Source: Chiloscyllium plagiosum (Eukaryota). From it: a DNA stretch of 20,000 nucleotides. The DNA is taken from NCBI RefSeq assembly GCF_004010195.1, contig NC_057719.1:55136088-55156087 (forward strand), given 5' to 3'. The position numbers and the translations under genes are program-made. The notes beneath the pieces are model-generated. The model had not been told where the DNA came from and ran no database searches. It was given only the letters and a program-made list of their open reading frames with translations. Shown here in pieces: positions 1 through 10,425 of the stretch (within the stretch, counting starts at the first letter, position 1; each line of letters begins with the position of its first letter).

Positions 1-1439
1 TGAAACATCTTTGTACAAAACACAACCCAATTCAGATCCCGTCTCTGTGAGAATGGTAGTGCCATGTTTAAGGGCACCACTTCCGTTTATGTTCGTGTCT
101 GCCATTTTTGCAATAAATGAGATGCTCTTCTTCATTGAGGGCATTAAGGCCTTAGGCTGTTGCTTATCAATTTGATGTATAAAGCTTCTCCATTTTTATA
201 TTCAAATTAAAGTGAAGAACCTGAGGTCAGTTGTATATCAGACCTTAAAAAAATATTTTACTAATGTGTGAAATGGTTGTGGCGACTTCAATTTACATGG
301 CCCTTGGACAGAATGGAATCATCAGCCCACTCAGCTTTTCTGCTCAATTTGTTTTCTCCATATTGAAAATGCTGTACATCATTGTCTGATCTGTAAAATG
401 AGACTTCAAAATCAAATGAATCATCACTGTCCAGTAGATGATTTTAAAAAGGTTACGTTTGCATGTTTCTGATGACCTAATCCATCAATCCTGTTTATAT
501 GAAGATGGAACAGCCTAATTGATTGTCATAAGGTGAAAAGAGAAGTATTGCTCTTCTTTATTCTGCTAACAGATGAAGCATAAGGAAAGTCTGTAAGATA
601 GGGTTCACACCATCAAGTAGTTCCATATCTGTTCTGGCTACAATGCAATCTTCTTCCATTTCATTCACTCCTACTTCACTGCATAGCTAATTGCATAGAT
701 TTGTGTAAGTTAATGCTCCAGACTTGGACTAAATTAAGCTAAAATTTAGTTTACACTGGTCCAGACTCTACATTATTAGGAGAGTTAGTCAAAGTGTTCC
801 AAATCTAATTCCCTTTGTTTCCAAGGAGATGTAAGTCAAAGAGAATCAAGTGAAATCTATTTTTTGATCTTCTACTATTTAATTTGACATTTTTCGTGAA
901 TCTAATTCATGACTTTTGTCTTAAATTACATAATTGGATTATTTTTTTGTTCTATCTGAATGCTATAAGAACACAAGAGGTCCCCAGTGAGCTAATTACA
1001 GTACTAAGGATCTCTGATTCTAGATATCATTCCTTTAATTCACCCCTCGGTTGACAGAGAACAAGTACTTGCTTATAATAATGGCGTCTGGTACTGGACA
1101 TGTGATAAATATCTGGTGAAGCTACACAACTACCACTATTAAGAAGGCCTTTGTGATGCAATTAGCTAAATGCCTAACGGCTAAAAAGAAGAGGAAGTTT
1201 CAGCTGGCTTGCACTTGAATATATCATATCGATAGTCTAATGAATAGTGTTGAGAGGAGGGTAAGGCTAATATTATTTAGCACCTGTCTGTTGGAAGTAT
1301 TTTCTCTGGGTCTTTCTGTAGCATAATTAAAAAGAAACTCCCAATCTATTAAAATCTGCCATTTTCTCATAGATTTATAAATGCATTATGCTGGATTATG
1401 ACCTGAGGGAATCCATTAACTTCTGAAAAGAATTTTGAA

Positions 1440-3790
1440 CTCACTTAACTTCTCTGTTGTGACACCCCCATCAGCCACCAGTGCCCATGGTCTGCCACTT
1501 TCACTATTACATGCAATACCTTCCTTCACTTGCTCTCAGTCCCTCCTTAACCTCCCAAATCAGAAACCCTTCAGGCCCACTCGCAGCCTACTGACTCATC
1601 CAAGACATCTCACTATCCTTCCTCCATCTGCACCAGCACTAACAGCTGTGCCACCCACTGTCACCTCACTCGATCATTCCCTTTCTCTCATTGCGGGAGA
1701 AGACAGCCACAGCAGTGCAGGAAGGGCCAAGGTGGGTGGAGGGCTTCCCAACATCAGGGTCCTCATCCTGTTCCTTAAGGAAAATACTGGGACCAGTCCT
1801 CTGAGCATACCTAGATATCCAACCAAGTAAGTACCACTCTTAATTCCAATGCAACTCTCACATTAACTTTGGGGGGGTCAATGGCATTCATTGAACATCA
1901 CTGCTAATCATTGGCCACAATACCTTCTCTCTATTGGATGTTGCAGATAACCAGCAAGGAAATAGATAGCTTTCCCTGAAGCCATCCCCTTGGTCTCTAA
2001 GGATAACAGTACCACAGTTTTAGAGGCTGTATCGGCACTCTGTCCATGAGATCCTATATTAAAACTTCAGGGGGAATGTTAGGAGAGTGTGGGAGTACAA
2101 GCCGGTAAGAACCTCACTACGACTGCTCCACAGCTGGCTGAGGAAGATACCCTGAAGCCGCTGTCACTCGGAGGGCTGCCAGAGACCAGATATCTGCTCA
2201 GGCCCAGGCAGGAGAGGATCCTGTGGTATCAGCAATCAGGAAGGAACAGGAGCCGCAGACAGGGATATCATTGCCAAAAGCTGCAGCAATGTAACTCCTC
2301 ATGTGACTGCCTTTCTGCCTCCCTGAACAGATTGGCAGTTGCCACTGGAGAGCCAGGCCCTACACTCTCAGAGTCTGCTGGAGAGGAGCACACAACTGCA
2401 CTCCATCTCTCCAGCTATTGGTCCTCAGCACCACTGCCTCATGGTGATGGGAGGATGGAGACTGTTAACCTCAGAACAGGTGTCCCTTCATCACAAGAAA
2501 ACTGACTGGTGCAAATAATCACCCAACAAAAGGAGGAACCACACTCAGGCCCTTCAGTGTCCCCTCTCAGGACACTATAGAGATGGCCTTGTCCTCCACC
2601 TCTACTCTGCTTGTCCCAGACACGGAGAAATTCACCTGCTCTGACAAGAAGATCCCCAGCATATCTGAGCCGTCCAGATGTAAATGCCCCCACGGTTGCC
2701 TGATCAAAACTCCAAGGCCAACATTCCACTGTCAAGAAGGCTCCCTCCACCCAAAATTTGGAAGAAGAGGCTACACTGAGTCATAGTGGGAAGGACAGAA
2801 AGTAAAGAAAATCCTCTTCAGTAGCATGGGTGAAATTGCACTGTATATGAAGACATACCCACCACTAGTGAGACATAATGGGAGGGAGGAAAAGAAAATA
2901 AGTGCCTGTGGACTCTTTTGTGGCATATGTGGCATTGCACTGTAGCTGAATCATGTTATTATTATGAAGTGGTTGTTATTTTGTTCTACACCTGCATGTT
3001 TAAGTGTCTATCTAGCCCTGAATGTGCCTGTGACCAATTACCCCAGGTAAAGTCAGAATAATTCCTCTAAACATTACCTAATTTTGAACTCCAGCAAAAT
3101 GGAAAGTGACAGCAAACATTTTTTCAGCCAATGGTCTCAGTCTCTACCTCACAATGAAGCTCTCTTACATTCAGATCCCCTTCCTCATTGCTCTTTCCAT
3201 GAACCCCATAATCTTTTTACTATCCAAAGCGTCCACTGTCTATATGAGCCTGCCCAACAATACACTCCATTCCCCCATTACATGCCATATAAGGTGACCA
3301 TATCAGCCTGCAGCCCCTCAGTCACTATGAATAGGCTCTTCAGGTTCATTCTAAACTGGGCGCTGTTGCCCATAGGCTTCAGCCAACTATTCTCCTTTCC
3401 CCTTAGCTTCTGCAGATGGACCTGACCAAATGGCCACAGCACACTGCTTTGAGCGACCTAACTGGACAGTCCCAGAGATGTCCAGATGCCTGATTGCTGT
3501 TGAGGTCAATCTCCCTGAGTGTATTAGCCCTAAAGCCCAGACTAGCCATGATGGAGGCACATGACTGACTGTGACTGACTTCCTGCACCGCAGAGGCATA
3601 GAGCCCTCTGACTGAGAACACTCTGAAACGATCATGACCAATCCCTTGGACTGATGTGGGAGCGCATTTTGTAAGATAGAAAGCTGAAAGTTAATTAGCT
3701 GAGTTACAGCATTAATGAGGTGTTTAACAAGCTATGATCCCCATTAATTGGCAATTTGCTGTTGTCTGGAGAAAATCTTGCCATGCATTG
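1440..3790. mobile_element. Highly decayed PIF/Harbinger DNA transposon remnant: Myb/SANT-gene exons on +, possible transposase remnants on - (convergent)
   Basis: About 1697-1826 reads (E)K..HSSAGRAKVGGGLPNIRVLILF, resembling the 'AHN.RER..TGGG.P.I..L' exon of Harbinger Myb/SANT proteins. It follows a C/T-rich intron-like tract, ends at an AAGTAAGT donor, and a further acceptor TTGCAG lies at about 1946. The minus strand of about 3060-3640 has faint, frameshifted transposase-like motifs. Boundaries are approximate. Confidence 0.5.
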
Positions 3791-4117
3791 TAGAAACAAT
3801 GAGATGCTTCTAATGTTGAAATAAGCATCTCCAGGCTTCTCTTGTGATGGTATTTTTCAACTTGCTCTCGTCCCCATCATTCATACCCTTATAAGATGTC
3901 AAAGGCTGTGACCCTCACTTCTTCCTTGAAGTTCAGCTCTTTGAGCCATGTCTTTTACTAAATCAGGAACTGAGTGGCTCTGGCAGAATCCAAACTGATT
4001 GTCAATGTACAGGGTATTACTGAGTAACTACCATTTGATAACATTATTATCGACACCTTCTAACACTTTGCTCGTGGTTGAGAGTAGACTGGTAGGCTAA
4101 TAACTGACTGGGATGGA

Positions 4118-4255
4118 AAGTGAGGACTGCAGATGCTGAAGATCAAAATCAAAAAGTGTGGTGCATTGCTAATGAAGGGCTTATGACCAAATCGTCGACT
4201 CCCCTGCCCCTCAGATACTGCTTGACGTGCTGTGCTCTTCCAGCACCACACGTTT
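4118..4255. mobile_element. Short Penelope-like element (pLTR-derived) insertion A with a decayed hammerhead
   Basis: 13-bp direct repeat TGACTGGGATGGA at 4105-4117 and 4256-4268. An inverted terminal piece is followed by a sense piece with degenerate core CTAATGA-AGGGC-TTAT-GACC-AAATC-GTC (4169-4196). Same family as copies B-D. Confidence 0.8.
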
Positions 4256-4347
4256 TGACTGGGATGGATTTGTCTTGCTTTATGTGGACAGAACATGCAT
4301 TTCCACATTATCAGGTAGATTCCGTGTTGAAGCTGCACAGGAACAGC

Positions 4348-4826
4348 GCAGCAGGTCAGGCAGCATCAAAGGAGAAGGAGAATCGATGTTTTGGGCATAA
4401 GCCCTTCTTCAGGAATGAGGAGGGTGTGCCAAGCAGGCTAAGATAAAAGATAGGGAGGAGGGACTTGGGGGAGGGGCATTGGGAATGCGATAGGTGGAAG
4501 GAGGTTAAGGTGAGGGTGATAGGTCGGAGAGGGGGTAGGGGCGGAGAGGTCGGGAAGAAGATTGCAGGTCAAGAAGGCGGTGCTGAGTCCGAGGGTTGGG
4601 ACTGAGAAAAGGTGGGGGGAGGGGAAATGAGGAAGCTGGAGAAATCCGCATTCATTCCCTGTGACTGGAGGGTTCCTGCTTGGCACACCCTCCTCATTCC
4701 TGAAGAAGGGCTTATGCCCAAAACGTCGATTCTCCTTCTCCTTTGATGCTGCCTGACCTGCTGCGCTTTTCCAGCAACACATTTTTAAGCTCTGATCTCC
4801 AGCATCTGCAGTCCTCACTTTCTCCT
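4348..4826. mobile_element. Penelope-like element insertion B: inverted 5' part with ORF C-terminus plus sense pLTR
   Basis: 17-bp direct repeat AGCTGCACAGGAACAGC at 4331-4347 and 4827-4843. Near-identical inverted arms of about 93 bp (4345-4437 vs 4675-4767). The minus strand from 4676 reads GTLQSQGMNADFSSFLISPPP, resembling the C-terminus of PLE GIY-YIG endonucleases (GTL.P.G.N). Hammerhead-like cores at 4385-4412 (-) and 4700-4727 (+). Confidence 0.85.
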
Positions 4827-5719
4827 AGCTGCACAGGAACAGCTTGGATAGGTGTCAGCTAATTCTGGAGCTCAAGGGTTCAGTACTTTTGCTGGAATAC
4901 TGTTGGGACCAATTGCTTTTGTGGTATCCAGTACCTGCAAATATGTCTTGATACAATGTGGACTGAATTGAAATGGCTGAAGTCTAGCATTTGTAATGCC
5001 AGGGATCTTTGAGGAGTGTGGGACCAGGCTTTGCACCTCTAGCTGGGGATGCTGGTGAAACCTTCAGCCTTGCCTTTTGTGCTGATGTGCTGGCTTCCCC
5101 AATATGGAGGATGGGGATATGTATGGAGCCTCCTCCTCCTCCAATGAATCATTTAATTATCCACCCACCATTCATGATTGGATGTGACAATACTGCACAG
5201 CTTAGATCTATCCTTTAGTCGTTGAATCACTTAACCTCTGCTATCACAAGCAGCTTATGTTGTTTAGCATGCAAGTAGTTCTGGCCTGTGGCTTCACAAG
5301 GTGGATGTAATTACTGTCAGCTTATTACCCTGGAACAATCTTCTGATGATGTCAAGGAGCTGCTAATCACTGGACTCAAATAGTACAGTGTGGGCAGAGT
5401 TAGCTAGAATCATAGACCACAAGATTCCTTTGTGTGAGATTGATAGAAATTGTACTTGGGGAGAGAAGTTCTTGAGAAAATAGTCTTAGTAAATTAGCAG
5501 TAAGGTTAGAGTCTGGTGTATCTCAGATTACCATCAATAATAATGTTTAGCTTTAAAAGACAATAAATTTAGTTCTGAAGAAGCCTAAGCCTGAAGACAG
5601 TCCTTGACTTTGCCTTCTCATCATCCAGACTGCCTTGAAACCAAATTCTCATGCGTTGGCGGAAAACCACATGAGAAAAGAGTCGACATCTGATTTTCAA
5701 GCAAACCTGGTCCTGGCAT

Positions 5720-5915
5720 GTCCTCTTCTGCTCATCATGGAATCAGGACTGACTCCTTGGTTCATGGTAATGGTAGAGAGGGAGATTGTCAGGCCATGAG
5801 GATATGGACTGTGGTTGAATATCATTCTGCTTCTACTGATAGCACACAGAGCTATTTGAAATCTAACCAATTCAGCATAATGACAATGCCACACAATGGA
5901 GGATATCCTCATAGT
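5720..5915 (-). mobile_element. Decayed CR1-clade LINE fragment (endonuclease-side region), probably the same family as 3945-5310
   Basis: Resemblance by eye to the shark LINE family; no intact ORF. Confidence 0.45.
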
Positions 5916-6480
5916 AAACGTGTGGCAGCTTCCTTTCCAGTTTGTTAACTGGCTATCATCAGGGATAAGGTCATGCTGAGCATTGCCTCTTGTCAATTTC
6001 CTTAGGCACTGAGACATGGAACAGTTGTGCCACTTCGTGTGTTTCAAATTTAGGATCACTTGATTCAAGTTTCTAATTAAATGAGATTTCCTCTTCGCAC
6101 ACATCCTGTTTTTTTTTCCTGAGACAAACTGCCTTCCTTCATCAAAACAGTCCAGAAGTCGGAAGGTATAATATTCCATTGAACTTTTATCTGTTAACTA
6201 TTGCATCTACTTATAAATATTCAGTCTGAACAATGAATTATGTGAAAGAAAAGTTGAACATTGAGGATCACAAACCATATAATAAATCAGAATTTCTGTT
6301 ATTCTTCTTAAAGTTGTCTTAAACAAAGTGATGATAAAAGAAGTGGTTGTTAATACATTGGGTTGAAATTTAGATATAAAAGCTGACTGGGAAAGCAAGA
6401 AACAAATGTTTAGAATGTAACTGTGTCTAGCATGAGTGAAAGGTTAAATATAAACAACATTGAAATGCTGCCATCTGTCT

Positions 6481-6794
6481 TTTTTTTATTCATTCACAGG
6501 ATAAGGGCATTACAGGCTAGGCAGCATTTATTACCTATCCCTATCTACCTAGAGAGTTTCAAGCCCTATCTACCTAGAGAGCTTTAAGAGACAACCACAT
6601 CACTGTGGGTCTGGAGTCACAAGTAGGCCACACCAGGTAAAGATGGCAGTTTCCTTCCCTAAAGGACATTAGTGAACCAGATGGGTTTTTCAGACAATAA
6701 ACAAATGGTTAATGGTTATCTTCAGACTCTTAATTACAGTTTTTTTTTTAACTGGATTTAAATTCCACTATCTGCCATGGCAGGATTTGAACCC
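6481..6794 (-). mobile_element. tRNA-derived Deu-domain SINE (SacSINE1-like), 5'-truncated
   Basis: Minus-strand B box GGTTCAAATCC at about 6783-6793. Deu-like core (GGTCTGGAGTCAC..TAGGCC..ACCAGGTAA.GATGGCAGTTTCCTTCCCTAAAGGACATTAGTGAACCAGATGGG on +). TGAATGAATAAAAAAA tail on -. Internal 18-bp duplication CCCTATCTACCTAGAGAG (6539-6556, 6563-6580). Confidence 0.8.
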
Positions 6795-6929
6795 ATTTGA
6801 ACCCATGGCAGGGAAAAATGAGCAATATTTTTATGGTCTTTATTCAATGTTCTAGATAACAGGACAAGGATAAACTGTAAGTTGAGAAGAGTCATAAGTC
6901 ATGCTCAAATCTCTTATTAAAACACAAAG

Positions 6930-7990
6930 ATAAAGACTCTGTGGTCAATGTCGTAAGCAGTGAGGTCATCTGCTCCATAGGTTTCAGGAGATGGAAGAGA
7001 CCTTGTCCCCTGCTAGGCCAGTTCCGCTCCATTGTGTGCCACCTTGTCCTGCAAGACACAGAATAGACATCATTACTAATGTGTTTTCTTAGGGTTAAAG
7101 ATAGTGAGAAGTAAGTGTTCAACTGAGAGCAACAGCAGTTAATTAAGGGTTAGGTGGAGTATGGGGATGTTAGACCGGAGTGTTAAGTGTCAGTACCCCT
7201 GGTGCAGGGGTTGGTATTGTGGCTCAATGAGCACCATAATAAGTTAGCAGTGTGCTGTGTAAGAGATGTCATTCACTGACCCTAGTCATCTGAGTGAGGT
7301 AATTGATGTCTTTTAGCACTGCTGCAGATTCCTGGGTCCAGATACAAGAATAAATATCTCTGGCCACCAACATCCAATCTTTTCCAAGAGTATTCATTTC
7401 GAGTCTCCTGGATCCTTACAGAAGCATGGTGTCGCTTGTCCTGCCTAATTTCACTACTGATGACTCTAATGAAACATCCATCATCCTGAAACCATCTCTG
7501 CACTCTAATATTAACTTTTGATGATTTAAATTGCAACATCAATTTGGCTTCCCTTTCAGGGACGCAGACTGGCCATATCCTATTGTTATCTACACAACAC
7601 TGTTCAGCTAGGAGAAAGTGATGCTGGAGATTAGAGTGAAGAGTGTGCTGCTGGAAAAGCACAGCAGATCAGGCAGCATCTGAGGAGCAGGAGAATCGAC
7701 GGTTTGGGCATAAGCTCATCATCATTCCTGATGAAAGGCTTAGGCCCAAAACGTTGATTCTCTTGCTCCTCAGACGCTGCCTGACCTGCTGTGCTTTTCC
7801 AGCATCATACTCTCAACAGTGTTCAGCTCCCTGCTAAGCACAAAGGCAACCATCAGTGTGAAGAAGAAGGAAGCACTGGCAGTTCCATGTGGTCACATTC
7901 TTCGATCTTGCAATGGAGGTGAGAGCACCTCTTTGCAGGCAGCCCAATTTAATTGGAACTAACTGTGAATCATACCCATAAATCAGGCTT
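6930..7990 (-). mobile_element. Second decayed Harbinger remnant: two Myb/SANT-like exons, interrupted by PLE copy C
   Basis: Minus strand about 7490-7280 reads DVSLESSVVKLGRTSDTMLL*GSRRLEMNTLGKDWMLVARDI, then with frameshifts RNLQQC*K..INYLTQMTR followed by a GT donor; this matches the Myb/SANT pattern 'W..VA..RT..QC.KK.NDL'. The next exon follows TCTTGCAG (about 7048) and reads DKVAHN..LHLLKPMEQ. Confidence 0.6.
7610..7813. mobile_element. Penelope-like insertion C (fold-back pLTR pair)
   Basis: 15-bp direct repeat with 1 mismatch: CAACACTGTTCAGCT (7595-7609) and CAACAGTGTTCAGCT (7814-7828). Head-to-head inverted copies. Core CTGATGA-AAGGC-TTAG-GCCC-AAAAC-GTT at 7728-7755. Confidence 0.8.
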
Positions 7991-8230
7991 AAGATGTTAT
8001 TGCCCTAAGTATTCATTTTTCACCTTCCTTGTAAAAGCTTCCTGTACACTCAAAAGAAATCCTTCTTCCCTAAAATATCAGTTCGTGCTCGAGGAAGGAT
8101 TTTCCATCATCGTGGCAGTTTGTTTTTTTTTTGATCAGAGGAACAGAACTGCAAAAGGTTTATTTTTATCTCTGAATTTGTTCTTGTTTGTTGGATATGC
8201 CAAGGTGTATGTGTCCAAACATCAGAGATT

Positions 8231-8300
8231 TACAGAGGAACCTCAACTATCCGAACGAAATGGGTATTTCGTTCGGATAATTGATGATTCGGATAATCGA
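8231..8300 (+). mobile_element. Single end of a pogo/Tigger-like (Tc1/mariner) MITE with internal palindrome
   Basis: TA followed by CAGAGGAACCTCAACTATCCGAAC resembles a pogo-type TIR. Perfect 14-bp inverted repeat TATCCGAACGAAAT / ATTTCGTTCGGATA around GGGT, and a second TTCGGATAAT. No partner TIR recognised. Confidence 0.55.
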
Positions 8301-8975
8301 TTTGACTTTAAACAAGGGAAGCCATACTGATCTAACACTGTGTTGTACCACAGAATTTGTTTAAGTCTATAATTTTGATGAGTCTGCTATTTAAGCTAAC
8401 TAATCTTTGCATTCTGCAAATTGGAGGTTAAACTGAGAAGGACTAAATCCTTACCATCACATAAATATATGAAATCCTAGCATTAAACATGGTCCCGAAC
8501 AGCTTCTACAATCTCAAGAGAATTTGTCAGTTTATGTTGAACTCAGTGTCACAATAGAAAGACAAGCATCGCCTTGCTCATGTCCTAGTCTCTCCTACTG
8601 GTTGAAACATCTCTTCCACATGCCTCTGAGTATTCTGTAAGTTTCATTCAGATCTTCACTCATTCTTCTCAGAGTCCTCAACCACTCCTCATGTGACAAG
8701 CCCTTCATCCTTAAGATCATTCTTGTAAACCTCCTCTGGACCCCTTCCAATGCCAGCACATCCTTCCTTAGATACAGGACCCAAAACTGCTTACAATATT
8801 CCAAATGAAGTCTGACGGAACCTTATCCATCTCTGCTGTTGTATTGTAGCCTCTTGAAAGGAATGCAACATTGCATTTGCCTTCCGAACTGCCAAATTAA
8901 CCTACATTTAATCTAAAAAAGAATCTGAACTAGGACCCCGAAGTTCCTTTGTGGTTCAGATTTCCTCAACTTTTG

Positions 8976-9139
8976 GGAGAAAGTGAGGACTGCAGATGCT
9001 AGAGATTAGAGTTGAGAGTGTGGTGATGGAAAAGCACAGCCGGCCAGGCAGCATCTGAGGAGCAGGAGAATCAACGTTTCGAGCATAAGCTCTTCATCAG
9101 GAATGAGGCTGTGCTTTTTCAGCAACACACTCTCAACTC
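8976..9139. mobile_element. Penelope-like insertion D nested in CR1
   Basis: TTTCCTCAAC repeated at 8961-8970 and 9140-9149. A minus-strand pLTR (8976-9107) is followed by a short inverted piece (about 9108-9138). Confidence 0.8.
9068..9105 (-). ncRNA. Minimal type I hammerhead ribozyme motif (PLE type), core intact
   Basis: Minus strand reads CATTC-CTGATGA-A-GAGC-TTAT-GCTC-GAAAC-GTT-GATT: both conserved boxes, a 4-bp stem II, a palindromic AACGTT in place of helix III, and a GUU (NUH) cleavage triplet. Helix I is weak. Confidence 0.7.
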
Positions 9140-10116
9140 TTTCCTCAACATGTCCCCATATAGAAAATAGTCTATACATCTATTCTTCTTACCAAAGTGC
9201 ATAACCTCCCACTTTCCCACATTGTATTCTATCTGCCACTTCTTTGCCCATTCTCCTAACCTGTCCAAGTCCTCCTGCAGCCTCCCCACTTCTTCAACTT
9301 TACCTGTCCCTCCAACTACCTTTGTGTCATCTGTAAACTTAACAACAATAACCTCAGTTCTTCCATCCAAATATTTAATGTTCGATGTGAATAGTTGTGA
9401 TTCCAGCACTAACCATTGTGGAACTCTAATAGTCAGAAGCTACCAACTGACAAAGATCCCTCATCCCTACTTGCTGCCTTCTGTCAGTCAGCCAATCCTC
9501 AATCCATGCCAGTACCTTTTCTCTAACACCATGGACTCTTGCCTTATTTAGCTGCCTCCTGTGCAGGACCTTATCAAAGGCTTTCTGGGCACCCAAATAG
9601 ATCATGTCCACTGGCTGTTCTTTGTCTAACTTGCTCATTACCTCCTCAAAGAATTTGAACAGATGTGTTAGGCATGACCTCTATTGACAAAGCTGTGATA
9701 ACCCTGTCCTATTTTACCATGCACCCCCATGTATTCTGCAATCTCATCCTTAATAATTGCTCTAAAAATCTAAAATCTCACCAACAATGAGGTTAGGCTA
9801 ACTAGCCTATAGTTTCCTGTCACCTGCCTCCCTCCTTCTTAAACAGGGAGTGACATTAGCCATTTTCTAGGCTTCTGGGACTGTCCACAACTCCAGGGAT
9901 TCTTGAAAGAACACCATCAATGCCATCGTAATCTCCTCAGCTATCTCCCTCAAAGCACTCAGGTGTAGTCCATCTGGTCCAGGTGGTATATCCAAATTTC
10001 AGACTTTTCAGCTTCCCCAGTGTCCTGATTTCCTTGAAGTTTTGGTATTCTGCTGGTGTCTTCCACCATGAAGACTGATGCAAAATACCTATTTAGCTCC
10101 TCTGCAATTTCCTTGT

Positions 10117-10425
10117 GGGCGGCACGGTGGCACAGTGGTTAGCACTGCTGCCTCACAGCGCCAGAGACCCGGGTTCAATTCCCGACTCAGGCGACTGACT
10201 GTGTGGAGTTTGCACGTTCTCCCCGTGCCTGCGTGGGTTTCCTCCGGGTGCTCCGGTTTCCTCCCACAGTCCAAAGATGTGCAGGTTAGGTGAATTGGCC
10301 ATACTAAATTGCCCGTAGTGTTAGGTAAGGGGTAAATGTAGGGGTATGGGTGGGTTTCGCTTCGGCGGGTCGGTGTGGACTTGTTGGGCCGAAGGGCCTG
10401 TTTCCACACTGTAATCTAATCTAAT
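10117..10425 (+). mobile_element. Full-length HE1-type V-SINE (tRNA-derived)
   Basis: A box TGGCACAGTGG, B box GGTTCAATTCC, V-domain core GTGTGGAGTTTGCACGTTCTCCCCGTG..GGGTTTCCTCCGGGTGCTCCGGTTTCCTCCCACAGTCCAAAGA, a LINE-derived 3' end GGGCCGAAGGGCCTGTTTCC, and a (TAATC)n tail. CpGs are largely retained. Confidence 0.93.

Larger units (their letters stand above)
3945..5310 (-). mobile_element. Decayed CR1-clade LINE ORF2 fragment (RT N-terminal region), interrupted by two PLE insertions
   Basis: The minus strand gives LDTTKAIGPNSIPAKVL..APEL..GIYLIMWK..HKARQ, then remnants of the NYRPISLL and QFGF regions with stops and frameshifts. The sequence is continuous once 4118-4255 and 4348-4826 (plus one TSD copy each) are removed. 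Confidence 0.75.

Noticed and set aside
1..1430. Possible host exons in the AT-rich start of the window
   Set aside because: No recognisable protein similarity or consistent splice frame.
1435..3641. Short ORFs as real genes
   Set aside because: Low-complexity or chance frames across a decayed transposon.
4118..9139. Recurrent palindromic repeats as a CRISPR-like or regulatory array
   Set aside because: Dispersed, individually TSD-flanked insertions in a eukaryotic context; no repeat-spacer periodicity.
10117..10190. tRNA-like A/B boxes as a tRNA gene
   Set aside because: Continuous with the V-domain and tail of a SINE.
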